Shown one piece after another: positions 1 to 9,416 of a stretch of 64,000 bases of DNA. The translations under genes were made by a program, and so were the position numbers. Source of the stretch: an uncultured Gemmatimonadales bacterium. GTDB lineage: Bacteria; Gemmatimonadota; Gemmatimonadetes; Gemmatimonadales; GWC2-71-9. The DNA is taken from positions 1,191,384 through 1,255,383 of the forward strand of contig CAVXLC010000002.1 in the NCBI GenBank assembly GCA_963762545.1. Reading direction: 5' to 3'. Position 1 is the first letter of the stretch; each line of letters starts with the position of its first letter. Under the pieces are notes generated by a model that saw only the letters and a program-made list of their open reading frames with translations, was not told the origin of the DNA and did not search any database.

Positions 1-1
1 G

Positions 2-595
2 GACTCCTCGCTCTTCGCCACCGGACGATCGCAGCCGAAACGCACGCCGCCGGTCCTCCTGTTCGCCGGCAATCTGGTTCCCACCAAAGGGGTGGATGTG
101 CTGCTCCAGGCGGTGGCCCGGCTGCGCGCCGAGAACGTCTCGTGCCGGCTCCGCATCCTCGGGGAGGGGCCGAGCGAAGCCGGGTTACGCGACCTCGCCC
201 AGCGCCTGGGGCTCACCGATGTGGAGTGGAGTCCCTTTCTGCCTCAGGATCGAATGCCGGCCGAGTACGGCGCCAGCACCATCACCGTCCTGCCTTCCCG
301 GGGCCGCTCCGAAGGGCTTGGTCTCACCCTGGTCGAAGCCTTGCTGGCCGGATCCGCCGTCGTGGGGTCGGCAGTCGGCGGTATTCCGGAGGTCGTCGTT
401 GACCGGGTGACCGGCCTCCTGGTCCGGAGCGGAGACGCCGACGATCTGGCCGGTGCGCTTCGCGAGCTGCTCCAGGACCCGGCCCTTCGGAATCGGCTCA
501 GCGACGCGGGGCGGGCCTTCGTCACGGACATCTACGGGGCGGATACCGCCGCGGACGCCTTCCTCGAGCTGTATGCCCGCACCGATCACCGTTGA
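2..595 (+). CDS. Glycosyltransferase family 4 (5'-truncated by window)
   Basis: Frame open from base 2 (LLFAGNLVPTKGVDVLL); GT4 motif SEGLGLTLVEALLAG...VGGIPEVV. Confidence 0.9.
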   Translation, partial: DSSLFATGRSQPKRTPPVLLFAGNLVPTKGVDVLLQAVARLRAENVSCRLRILGEGPSEAGLRDLAQRLGLTDVEWSPFLPQDRMPAEYGASTITVLPSRGRSEGLGLTLVEALLAGSAVVGSAVGGIPEVVVDRVTGLLVRSGDADDLAGALRELLQDPALRNRLSDAGRAFVTDIYGADTAADAFLELYARTDHR

Positions 596-1625
596 CGTGG
601 CCGCCGACCCGCCCGCCGATTGGGCGGAGCTGGCCCGCCGCGCCGGCGGCTTCTACCACGATCCGGCCTGGGTGCTGGCGCTGCGGGAGACCTACGGGTT
701 CCGACTGCATTGTCTCTCGGCGCGGGCGGGAGACGGGCTCGCCGGCCTTCTGGCCCTGATGGAAGTCCCCCGGCTCGCCCGAACGCCTCGCCTCGTGAGC
801 CTGCCGTTCAGCTACGCCGCCGGTCCGCTGGCCGATGACGCCGCGGTTTCGGTGGCCCTGTTCGAGCGCGCCCTGGGACTGGCCCGGGAGCGGAAGGTCC
901 ATCGACTCGAAATCAAGATGCGGGCTCCGGTCACGCCACCGCTTGAGGGATTCGAGCGGGTTCTGCGGTATAATACGTACCGGATTTCCCTCGGGGGCGG
1001 TGAAGAATCGGTGTGGGGCCATCTGCACGCCGAGAGCACGCGCCGGAGTATCAAGAAGGGCATGCGGGAAGGTGCCACCGTCGAGCGTGCCGAGGGCGAG
1101 GCGGCCTGGACCGACATGGCGGAGCTGAACGAGCGCACCGCCCACCGTCATGGGACACCCGCGCCGCCCCGCCGGTTCTTCGTGCGCACCTGCCGGGAGC
1201 TCCAGGGCGCCGGCCGCGCGGATCTCTACCTGGCCCGCGCGCCGGACGCCGTCCTGCTCGGGGGCATCGTGGTGTACAAGGGACCAGCCGAGTGGATTCA
1301 TGCCTTCGGGGCGAGCACTCCGGCGGCGTCTCCGTATCGGGCCACTCATCTGTTGTTGTGGCGCGCGATCCGGGATGCCATTGCCGCGGGGATTCCGGTG
1401 TTCGACCTCGGCCGGGCCTCGCCGGACCAGGAGGGACTGGTCGAGTTCAAGCGGCGATGGGGCGGCGAGCCGATCCCGCTCGCCTATGACTGCTGGCCCG
1501 GCGCGGGCGGGCTGCACTCGGAACCCCGGGCCCATGGCGGACTCGCCCTCGCCGCAACGCTGTGGCGGCTGCTCCCGTCGCCCCTCGCCCGGGCGGGCTC
1601 CTTTCTCTACCGGTATCTGGGATAG
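573..1625 (+). CDS. FemAB/FemX-like GNAT-family transferase
   Basis: LVSLPFSYAAGPL, RRSIKKG, FDLGRASPDQEGLVEFKRRWG motifs; ATG 573 overlaps the GT4 end. Confidence 0.75.
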   Translation: MPAPITVDVAADPPADWAELARRAGGFYHDPAWVLALRETYGFRLHCLSARAGDGLAGLLALMEVPRLARTPRLVSLPFSYAAGPLADDAAVSVALFERALGLARERKVHRLEIKMRAPVTPPLEGFERVLRYNTYRISLGGGEESVWGHLHAESTRRSIKKGMREGATVERAEGEAAWTDMAELNERTAHRHGTPAPPRRFFVRTCRELQGAGRADLYLARAPDAVLLGGIVVYKGPAEWIHAFGASTPAASPYRATHLLLWRAIRDAIAAGIPVFDLGRASPDQEGLVEFKRRWGGEPIPLAYDCWPGAGGLHSEPRAHGGLALAATLWRLLPSPLARAGSFLYRYLG

Positions 1626-1628
1626 ACC

Positions 1629-2093
1629 ATGGGTCTCTGGCGGCGGGTCCGACGGAAGGTCTTCAAGCGCTGGGCGAGAAACGCCTTTTTCCCCGCCTGG
1701 CGTCTGACCCTGCTGCGCTGGTGCGGAGCGGAGATCGGGGCGCAAGTCTACATCGCCGACGGGCTGATGATCGTGGAGGAGCTCGACGGGGATGAGCGGG
1801 TCCGCATCGGAGACCGGGTGAGCATCGCCCCCCGGGTGACGCTGGTGATCTCGTCCCATCCCAACCACTCCGCGATCCGAAGCTTCGCTCCGGTGAGCCG
1901 CGGGGACATCCTGATCGAAGCGGACGCCTGGATCGGGGCCGGCGCCGTGATCCTTCCCGGCGTTCGGATCGGACGCGGGGCCGTCATCGGCGCCCTGACC
2001 GTCGTTACGGAAGACGTCCAACCCTACCACGTCATGGCCGGGCATCCCGCGCGATCGGTGCGGGTGCTCCAGCCGAATCCGCCACTCTCGTGA
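1629..2093 (+). CDS. Hexapeptide-repeat sugar O-acyltransferase
   Basis: Left-handed beta-helix repeats IEADAWIGAGAVILPGVRIGRGAVIGA; C-terminal AGHPAR. Confidence 0.85.
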   Translation: MGLWRRVRRKVFKRWARNAFFPAWRLTLLRWCGAEIGAQVYIADGLMIVEELDGDERVRIGDRVSIAPRVTLVISSHPNHSAIRSFAPVSRGDILIEADAWIGAGAVILPGVRIGRGAVIGALTVVTEDVQPYHVMAGHPARSVRVLQPNPPLS

Positions 2094-3526
2094 TTCGGGT
2101 TGCCGTTCCGGAAGGGACGCTCTCGCCCCGGACCCGGTTCGGGCTCGAGACGTTGCTCGATGCCTCGCGACTGCTCCGGGTCGACGATGCGACCGCGCCG
2201 GTCGTGGAGCTCCGGGTCGATCCCGCGGATCGGCGAACGCCGCTGAGCCAATCGTTCCACGGTGGCGACGGGTTCGTGGTGCTGGGTGCCGGTCTGCTGG
2301 ACGAGGTCACCTGGGTTGCGGGTGCCGCCGCCGAACAGCGGCGGTCGGAGCGGGATTCCCACGAGCGCCTGCCGGCCGGAGCCAATCCACTGGTCGAGCA
2401 GGGCATCGAATCGATGCCGGTCGTGTCGGAGACCGCGGCCCGGCTGCGGGGGTCCGTGATGGGTGCCGCGGGCAAGCGGGGGATCCGGCTGCTCGCGCCC
2501 TGGCCGGCCGGGAAGCGGTGGGCCGTCGGCCTGAGTCACGATCTGGACGTCGTGGAGTGGTGGCCGCTGTTCACCGCCCGCCGGGTGGCCGAGTTGCTCG
2601 CCCACGGCGCCCCGGGCCGGGCCGCCCGGGTGATCGCAAGCGCGCTGGGCCACCTGGTCCGGGCGCCGGTCGAGGCCGGTATCGCGGCGCTGCTGCACCT
2701 GGAGGCCGAGGCGAAAATACGGAGCACCTGGTTCGTGATGTGCGGAGAGCCATCGATCCGCACGCTGCTCGCCGGGGACCTCACCTATCACCTCGACCGG
2801 CCGCGCGGACGGCGCATCCTCGAGCGGATTGTCCGGGGCGGACACGAGCTGGGGCTGCACGGCAGCTTTGCCACCATGGTGGACCACGTGCGGTTCGGGA
2901 GCCAGCGGGACGGCATCGCGGCCCTTGCCAAGGTTCCGGTCACCGGCGTGCGCCAGCACTTTCTCCGCTTTCGGCCCGGCCGCACCCAGCGCGAGATGGC
3001 CGCGGCGGGCTTCGGGTTCGACGCATCCTATGGCTTCCCGGATCGCACCGGATTTCGTCTGGGCGTATCCGACGTCGTGCCGGGGTGGGACGAAGAACAC
3101 GGCCGGCAATCGCCGCTGGAGGAAGTGCCCCTGGTCTGGATGGACCGCGCCGCCAGCAAGTACCAGCGGGTGGAAGATCCCCACCGGTGGGTGGACGAGG
3201 CGCTCGCCAGCGCCGCGATCTGCCGCCGGATGGAGGGCCTCTGGGTCGGGCTCTGGCATCCCAACCTCACGACCCCGCTCGGCTTTCCCGGGGCGCTGGA
3301 CGCCTACGAACGGCTGGTGCGCGCCCTCTCGCCGCAACAAGCCTGGTTCGCGCCCCTGACGGAGGTGGTGGACTGGCGCCGCGCCCGGCGGTCGGTGCGC
3401 GCCGTGCAGGTGAACGATCAGGCCATCACCCTCGAGGGAACGGCCGGAAGCGCCTATCCGATCGTGATCGAAGACGCCAACGGCCGGCCGGTCCCCGCGG
3501 TCCATGCCGAGAGGGCGCATGCCTGA
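2090..3526 (+). CDS. Polysaccharide deacetylase-like (CE4/NodB-type) protein
   Basis: LSHDLD, HELGLHGS, GVRQHFLR, FDASYG and LWHP motifs. Confidence 0.7.
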   Translation: MIRVAVPEGTLSPRTRFGLETLLDASRLLRVDDATAPVVELRVDPADRRTPLSQSFHGGDGFVVLGAGLLDEVTWVAGAAAEQRRSERDSHERLPAGANPLVEQGIESMPVVSETAARLRGSVMGAAGKRGIRLLAPWPAGKRWAVGLSHDLDVVEWWPLFTARRVAELLAHGAPGRAARVIASALGHLVRAPVEAGIAALLHLEAEAKIRSTWFVMCGEPSIRTLLAGDLTYHLDRPRGRRILERIVRGGHELGLHGSFATMVDHVRFGSQRDGIAALAKVPVTGVRQHFLRFRPGRTQREMAAAGFGFDASYGFPDRTGFRLGVSDVVPGWDEEHGRQSPLEEVPLVWMDRAASKYQRVEDPHRWVDEALASAAICRRMEGLWVGLWHPNLTTPLGFPGALDAYERLVRALSPQQAWFAPLTEVVDWRRARRSVRAVQVNDQAITLEGTAGSAYPIVIEDANGRPVPAVHAERAHA

Positions 3527-3585
3527 GCGACATCCTCGGTTACGTTTCGTAGCGCCGTTCTTCACCCACGGGAGAGGGACCCTCT

Positions 3586-5949
3586 GTGTCGCCACCTGAC
3601 GAGCCGTCCGCCTCCTTCGAGCCGAGGCATGCCGCCCTTCTGGCCGCGGCCATCTTCATTGCCGCCGTGCTCACGCTGGCGTGGCCGGCCCTTCAGGGAC
3701 ATGTGCTGGCCGGAGACGACTATCAGCTGGCCGGCTGGGCCTTCCGGAGGTTCGGCGCGGAATACTGGCGACAGCACCACGCGATCCCGCTCTGGAACCC
3801 GTACATCCTGGGCGGCGTGCCCTATGTCGGCGGCATGGCCGGAGACATCTTCTACCCCACGGCGTGGCTTCGCTACGTCCTCCCGCTCGACGTGGCGACC
3901 AACCTGGCCTTCGCCGGGCACCTCGTCATCGCGGGTCTCGGCATGTATGCGTTTCTCCGGGGCCTGGGCACCACCTGGACCGCAGCGGTCACCGGAGGAC
4001 TGGCCTACGAGCTGACCGGAATCGTGGCGTCGCAGATCAGCCCGGGGCACGACGGGAAGCTGTTCGTCTCCGCGATGACCCCGTTTCTGTTCCTGGGACT
4101 GCTGCGCGCCATTCGCGGCCGGAAGATGACCGGGTACGCCACGGTCGCCCTCACCGTCGGTCTCGCGCTGCACGGTCACCCGCAGACGGCCTACTACCTG
4201 CTGGTCGCCGCGGGAGTCTGGGCGCTCTTTCTGATCTTCGGCGACCCCGCCGGCCCCCAAGGCACCGACCGCTGGCGGGCCCTGGGCGCGAGCGCGGCGA
4301 TGGTCGTGATCGGGTTCGGGCTCTACGCCATCCAGCTGATGCCATTCTATGCCTACGTGCCCTATTCGCCGCGTGGGGAAGGAGGGCCCAGCGGGGGATG
4401 GGAGTATGCCACCGGCTACGCGTTCCCCCCGCGGGAGCTGTTCTCCACCTTCCTTCCCGAGATCAACGGGATCCGGGACTCATATTCCGGCACCAATTTC
4501 CTCAAGACCCATACCGAATACCTCGGCCCACTGGTGATCATCCTGGCCGCCTGCGGCATCGGCGGGCAGAAATGGCGCCGCGAGCGGCTGGCGCTCGGTG
4601 GCATCGGCCTGCTCTTTCTCCTGGTGGCGTTCGGGGGACACACGCCGTTCTATCGCGTCTGGTACGAGCTGATGCCGATGATGAAGAAGGTCCGCGCCGC
4701 GGGGATGGCGTTCTTCCTCCCGGCGATGGCGGTGTCGGTCTTCGCCGGCATCGGGGTGGACCGGCTCCTGTCGGGTCAGGTGCCGCTGCGCCGGATCCTG
4801 ATCGGGGCGGGGTTCTTTGCGGTGTTCGGAGTGCTGGGCGCCGTCGGTGGACTGGACGGCATCGCCATGGCCCTGTCCGCGCCCGAGATGGTTCAGCGCG
4901 CGGTCGAGGCGGCTCCCGAGTTGCACGCGGGAGCCTTGCGGCTGTTTCTGGTGGCCGCGGCCGGTGGAGCGGTGTTGTTCGCCATAGGCACCTCGCGGCT
5001 CATGGGACGGTCCGCCGCCGCGGCGCTCTTCATCGTGGTCACGGCCGATCTCTGGAGCCTGGACCGGAAATTCTTCGACTTTCCAGGAACCGCCCAGGCG
5101 CTGTTCGGAGACGACGAGATCACCTCGACGATCCGGAAGACGCCGCTGCCGTACCGGGTCTGGGACCCGAAGGGCGGGGGGCTCGATCAGGCGCTCGGCG
5201 TCTATCCCGGGTCATGGTTGATGGGGCGGGACATCCCCCAGCTGCTGGGGTACCACGGGCAGGAGCTCCTGCGGTTCGACGAGCTGCTGGGCGGCAAGAA
5301 CGTCTGGTCCAATCAGGTCAACCTGGGGATGCTCCAGCTCTTCGGTGTCCGGTATGTGGTTCTCCAGCAGAAACAGAGCCTGCCGGGGTATCACGAGGTG
5401 CTCGGGCCGGTCGCCACGACCACCGGGCACCCCGCGATTCTCTATGCGGCGGATACCGTTCCGCCCTATGTCCGGCTGATGCCCGGAGCGGTCAAGGCAC
5501 CCGAAGGCCAGGTGGCGGAAATCGTGGCCGACGCGCGCTTCCCGCTGCTGTCGGTCGCGATCTACCCGGACAGCGAAAAGGTCTCCCCGGCGCCGCTCGG
5601 GAACCAGCCTCCGGTACCGGCGACCGCCACCGCGAGCATCACCTCCTGGGAGCCCGGCAGGATGCGGGTGGCGATTCAGGGGCGTGATGAGCGTCCCCTG
5701 TACCTGGTCGTGGCGGAGAACTGGTACAAGGACTGGCGGGCCACCGTGGACGGCGCGGCGGTTCCCGTACTGCGGGCCCAGCACACGCTGTTATCGGTGG
5801 TCGTCCCGCCCGGCGCCAAGGAAGTCGGGCTCGACTTCCAGTCTCCCGAGTACCAGCGCGGCCGCCTGATCACCCTCCTGTCGGCGGTCCTGGTGGCCGG
5901 CCTCTTCCTGCTGCCGGTGCTGCGAAAGGGAAGCCGCGCCGATGCCTGA
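3586..5949 (+). CDS. YfhO-family multi-pass membrane protein (GT-C glycosyltransferase-like)
   Basis: PLWNPYILGGVP...IFYP N-terminal motif, many TM segments, C-terminal LVVAENWYKDWRATVDG...VPPG. Confidence 0.8.
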   Translation: MSPPDEPSASFEPRHAALLAAAIFIAAVLTLAWPALQGHVLAGDDYQLAGWAFRRFGAEYWRQHHAIPLWNPYILGGVPYVGGMAGDIFYPTAWLRYVLPLDVATNLAFAGHLVIAGLGMYAFLRGLGTTWTAAVTGGLAYELTGIVASQISPGHDGKLFVSAMTPFLFLGLLRAIRGRKMTGYATVALTVGLALHGHPQTAYYLLVAAGVWALFLIFGDPAGPQGTDRWRALGASAAMVVIGFGLYAIQLMPFYAYVPYSPRGEGGPSGGWEYATGYAFPPRELFSTFLPEINGIRDSYSGTNFLKTHTEYLGPLVIILAACGIGGQKWRRERLALGGIGLLFLLVAFGGHTPFYRVWYELMPMMKKVRAAGMAFFLPAMAVSVFAGIGVDRLLSGQVPLRRILIGAGFFAVFGVLGAVGGLDGIAMALSAPEMVQRAVEAAPELHAGALRLFLVAAAGGAVLFAIGTSRLMGRSAAAALFIVVTADLWSLDRKFFDFPGTAQALFGDDEITSTIRKTPLPYRVWDPKGGGLDQALGVYPGSWLMGRDIPQLLGYHGQELLRFDELLGGKNVWSNQVNLGMLQLFGVRYVVLQQKQSLPGYHEVLGPVATTTGHPAILYAADTVPPYVRLMPGAVKAPEGQVAEIVADARFPLLSVAIYPDSEKVSPAPLGNQPPVPATATASITSWEPGRMRVAIQGRDERPLYLVVAENWYKDWRATVDGAAVPVLRAQHTLLSVVVPPGAKEVGLDFQSPEYQRGRLITLLSAVLVAGLFLLPVLRKGSRADA

Positions 5950-6661
5950 ACGGTTCCTCGTCATCCTGCCCACCTACAACGAGAGCCAGAACCTGCCGAG
6001 AATCGTCCCCCCGATTCTGGCGCAGGATCCGCGGCTCGAGATTCTGGTGGTGGACGACAATTCGCCCGACGGGACCGGCCGGCTCGCGACCGACCTCGCG
6101 GGAGTCAACCCCCGGGTGCACGTCCTGCACCGGGCCAAGAAGGAGGGGCTGGGCCGGGCCTACCTCGAGGGCTTCGCCTGGGGGCTCGAACGCGGCTTTG
6201 ATCTGATCTTCGAGATGGACTCGGACTTTTCCCACGACCCGAAGTTTCTGGTCGATCTCATCGCCGCAGCCCAGGACGCCGATCTGGTTGTGGGGTCCCG
6301 GTACAAGAGGGGCGTCAATGTCATTAATTGGCCGATGTCCCGATTGCTGCTGTCCTACGGGGCCAACCTGTACGCCCGCTGGATCACGGGGCTGCCGCTC
6401 ACGGACGCGACCGCCGGGTTCAAGTGCTTTCGACGCGAAGTCCTGGCCGCGATCCCGCTCGAGAAGGTCCGCTCCAACGGGTATGCGTTCCAGATCGAGA
6501 TGAACTACCGGGCGTGGAAGAAGAAGTTCCGGCTTGCGGAGGTCTCCATTGTCTTCACCGATCGGGTCGAGGGAAGCAGCAAGATGAGCAAGGCGATCGT
6601 CCGGGAGGGAGTCTGGATCGTGTGGTGGCTCCGGATCAACAGCCTGGTGGGGCGCCTGTGA
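5942..6661 (+). CDS. Polyprenol-monophosphosugar synthase (DPM1-like GT2)
   Basis: ILPTYNE, VVDDNSPDGT, EMDSDFSHDP, DATAGFKCFR, GYAFQIEM. Confidence 0.9.
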   Translation: MPERFLVILPTYNESQNLPRIVPPILAQDPRLEILVVDDNSPDGTGRLATDLAGVNPRVHVLHRAKKEGLGRAYLEGFAWGLERGFDLIFEMDSDFSHDPKFLVDLIAAAQDADLVVGSRYKRGVNVINWPMSRLLLSYGANLYARWITGLPLTDATAGFKCFRREVLAAIPLEKVRSNGYAFQIEMNYRAWKKKFRLAEVSIVFTDRVEGSSKMSKAIVREGVWIVWWLRINSLVGRL

Positions 6662-7527
6662 GCCTTTCCTTCTACAAGATGACCGGCTCGGGCAACGACT
6701 TCGTCTTCGTGGACGGCCGCTCGTTCCCGGCGTCGGGGTGGTCAGCCCCGGAAATCGCGGACATTTGTGACCGCCGGACCGGGGTAGGCGGCGACGGCCT
6801 GGTCGTGGTGGCTCCTCAGGGTCCCGACGGGGTCCGGATGGTCTATTTCAATGCCGACGGTTCCCGCGCCGGCATGTGCGGCAACGCGGCGCTGTGTACC
6901 ACCCGATTGGCGGCCCGGCTGGGACTGGCCCCGGCGACCGGCATGCTGCTCCACAGCGACACCGGAATCCTCCGGACCCGGTGCGTTGGCCCGGGTTGGG
7001 GGGCGGAACTGCTCCTGCCGGATTTCGGTCTCCCGGAGCCGGTCGACGTCAAGCTCGAGGCCGGCGAGAACTGGATGGTTCTCGCTACCGTCGGGGTGAC
7101 GCACCTGATCGTGATGGTGGACGACCTGGCGGCCGTGGACGTGGTCGCTCGGGGCCGGGAGCTCAGGTTCCACTCCGCATTTCAGCCCAAGGGGTTGAAC
7201 GTGAATTTCGTGGGCCCGGCGGTCCGGGGCGGGGACGCGACGTGGGGCGTCCGGACCTACGAGCGAGGGGTCGAGGCTGAGACGCTGGCTTGCGGCACCG
7301 GGACCGTCGGGGCGGCGTTCGCCCTGGCCGACCGCGGGCTGGAGCGACTGCCGGCTCGGATCACCTCCTGGAGTGGCAACGTCTATTCAGTCGCCGGCCG
7401 GCTCGAAGGGAGAATGGCCCGCGAGCCATGGCTCTGTGGCGAGGGCAGGCTGGTATTCGAAGGCACCTGGCCCGATCAGGGCCAGGTTTCGCACATCAGC
7501 GGAACACCAAACACATCAAGCGTTTAG
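6658..7527 (+). CDS. dapF: Diaminopimelate epimerase
   Basis: FYKMTGSGNDF, NADGSRAGMCGN, RTYERGVEAETLACGTG; GTG 6658 overlaps the upstream stop (GTGA). Confidence 0.93.
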   Translation: MSLSFYKMTGSGNDFVFVDGRSFPASGWSAPEIADICDRRTGVGGDGLVVVAPQGPDGVRMVYFNADGSRAGMCGNAALCTTRLAARLGLAPATGMLLHSDTGILRTRCVGPGWGAELLLPDFGLPEPVDVKLEAGENWMVLATVGVTHLIVMVDDLAAVDVVARGRELRFHSAFQPKGLNVNFVGPAVRGGDATWGVRTYERGVEAETLACGTGTVGAAFALADRGLERLPARITSWSGNVYSVAGRLEGRMAREPWLCGEGRLVFEGTWPDQGQVSHISGTPNTSSV

Positions 7528-7568
7528 GCGTCAGGGAATCTGCCATTTCCACATTTATCCACTATTGT

Positions 7569-7596
7569 AGTTAACATAATACATCTTATACGCACT
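7569..7596 (-). other. dif site (XerC/XerD recombination site)
   Basis: - strand AGTGCGTATAA-GATGTA-TTATGTTAACT versus E. coli dif GGTGCGCATAA-TGTATA-TTATGTTAAAT; AT-rich gap between convergent genes. Confidence 0.88.
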
Positions 7597-7612
7597 ATTC
7601 CATGCGCTCACG

Positions 7613-7646
7613 AAAACGGGCCCGACGCCGACCGCACCCCGGGCCC
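7613..7646 (-). terminator. Probable intrinsic terminator after the TPR gene
   Basis: GGGCCCG...CGGGCCC stem followed by GTTTT on the - strand. Confidence 0.5.
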
Positions 7647-7668
7647 TGTCGTTACCGCCTCGAACGAC

Positions 7669-8349
7669 CTACAGCGCTCCCTTGGTCCATTCCGCCAGCC
7701 GAACCTCGGCTTCGGCCTCGCCCGGGACATCCCGGCCGAACTTGGCGATGATGCCCCGAAGGACGTCGGTGGCTTCCTTTTGCTTTCCGGCCAGCCGGAG
7801 CGACCGGGCCTGGCCAAGGAGGGCATCGACCTTTCGGTAGCTTTCCTGGGCCAGCTCGGCCGCTTTGGCGTAGGACTGCGCGGCGTCATCGTACTTCTTG
7901 AGGTTCTCGAGCGCCCCGCCTCGCATGCTCCAGGCCCCGGAGGCATAGAACGCCGGAGGGTTCCGCTCGGCGAACTTCTTGAGCTCATCGGCGGCGATCT
8001 GGGTCTGGCTGGAGGCGAGCCGGACCTCGTTGAGCGCGAGCTCCGCCGCATACCCGGCTTCGGTCCCGCTGAACGACTGCGCCACCCGCTGGAACTCGCC
8101 CGCCGCCACCGGAAGGTTGCCTGCTTCGAACGCGGAGCGTGCCCGATCCAGCGCCTCCAGGCCGGCCGCCTCCTTCCTCCTACCGGTCTCGATGATCAGC
8201 CAGGCGCCTACCGCCACGACCGCCACTGCGACAGCCGTGTAGGTCACGATCTTCCGGTTCTTCTCGAACCAGGCCATCAGCGCTGATTGATCCGCTTCGG
8301 CGGACGCGGGCTTTGGCGCGGTGACGCTGGACTGCACTGTCGAAGCCAT
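7669..8349 (-). CDS. Membrane-anchored TPR protein (YfgM-like)
   Basis: WFEKNRK plus one TM helix, then TPR-like helices. Confidence 0.7.
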   Translation of the reverse strand: MASTVQSSVTAPKPASAEADQSALMAWFEKNRKIVTYTAVAVAVVAVGAWLIIETGRRKEAAGLEALDRARSAFEAGNLPVAAGEFQRVAQSFSGTEAGYAAELALNEVRLASSQTQIAADELKKFAERNPPAFYASGAWSMRGGALENLKKYDDAAQSYAKAAELAQESYRKVDALLGQARSLRLAGKQKEATDVLRGIIAKFGRDVPGEAEAEVRLAEWTKGAL

Positions 8350-8379
8350 CTGGATCCTTGTTCGGGTTTCGGGGTCGAG

Positions 8380-8453
<74 letters not shown>

Positions 8454-8463
8454 CAAGCCATTG

Positions 8464-8493
8464 AATCTATCGGACTTGCGTGGGTCGGGTCAA
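8464..8493 (-). promoter_or_regulatory. Sigma70-like promoter of tRNA-Arg
   Basis: TTGACC-N18-TAGATT, 10 nt upstream of the tRNA. Confidence 0.55.
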
Positions 8494-8508
8494 TGAGGGA
8501 AGTCCGGA

Positions 8509-8778
8509 CTACCGGATCTCGAAGGTGATGAGCCGTTGAGCCTCATCAAGACTATCAACGATGTGTAGATAGGTGACGGAAGCACTGGGCGGTCCCTGCC
8601 TGAGGGCCCGCTCGAATTCCTCCAATTGCTCCGCGGTGCCCTCGGCCGCGGCCTCCACTCGCCCATCCGGGAGGTTGCTCACCCAGCCCGTCACGCCGAT
8701 ACGCTGCCCTTGGCGCCACGCGTAATGCCGGAATCCGACGCCTTGCACCGCCCCGGATACCAGATAGCTCCGTCTCAT
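8509..8778 (-). CDS. acyP: Acylphosphatase
   Basis: VSGAVQGVGFR, GWVSNLPDGRVE, GPP. Confidence 0.92.
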   Translation of the reverse strand: MRRSYLVSGAVQGVGFRHYAWRQGQRIGVTGWVSNLPDGRVEAAAEGTAEQLEEFERALRQGPPSASVTYLHIVDSLDEAQRLITFEIR

Positions 8779-9416
8779 CCGGCCCGGGTCCGCCGGTCGT
8801 TGACGAGACCGATGATCATCGGGAGCAGCGACAGACCGATGATGCCGAGGACCACCAGTCCGAAGTTCTGCCGCACGAAGGGCAGATTCCCGAAGAAGTA
8901 GCCGGCCCAGACGAAGGCGCTCACCCAGAGGGCGCCGCCGACGACACTGTACGCCAGAAATCGGGGATAGGTCATCGCGCCGATACCGGCCACGAACGGC
9001 GTGAAGGTCCTGACGATCGGGATGAACCGGGCCATGACCACGGTCTTGCCGCCGTGCCGGTCGAAGAAGGCGCGGGTCCGATCCAGGTATTCCTTCCGGA
9101 AGAAGCGCACTTCCCCGCTGAACGCCCGGGGCCCGATGTACCGGCCCACCCAGTAGTTGACGTTGTCGCCGGCCAGCACGGCGGCAAAGAGGAGCAGGTT
9201 CAGGAGTCTCGGGTCGAGCGACCCGAGGGCCGCGAACGTCCCGGCCGCGAAGAGCAGCGAGTCTCCCGGGAGGAGCGGGGTCACCACCAGTCCGGTTTCG
9301 CAGAAGACGACGCCGGCGAGGATGCCATAGGTCCAGGTGCCGTATTGCGCGATGATCTCGCTCAGGTGCCGGTCCAGGTGCAGAAAGAAATCGATCGCGT
9401 GCTTCAGGAATTCCAC
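8775..9416 (-). CDS. DedA-family membrane protein
   Basis: FCETGLVVTPLLPGDSLLFAAG, ARFIPIVRTF. Confidence 0.93.
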   Translation of the reverse strand: MEFLKHAIDFFLHLDRHLSEIIAQYGTWTYGILAGVVFCETGLVVTPLLPGDSLLFAAGTFAALGSLDPRLLNLLLFAAVLAGDNVNYWVGRYIGPRAFSGEVRFFRKEYLDRTRAFFDRHGGKTVVMARFIPIVRTFTPFVAGIGAMTYPRFLAYSVVGGALWVSAFVWAGYFFGNLPFVRQNFGLVVLGIIGLSLLPMIIGLVNDRRTRAG

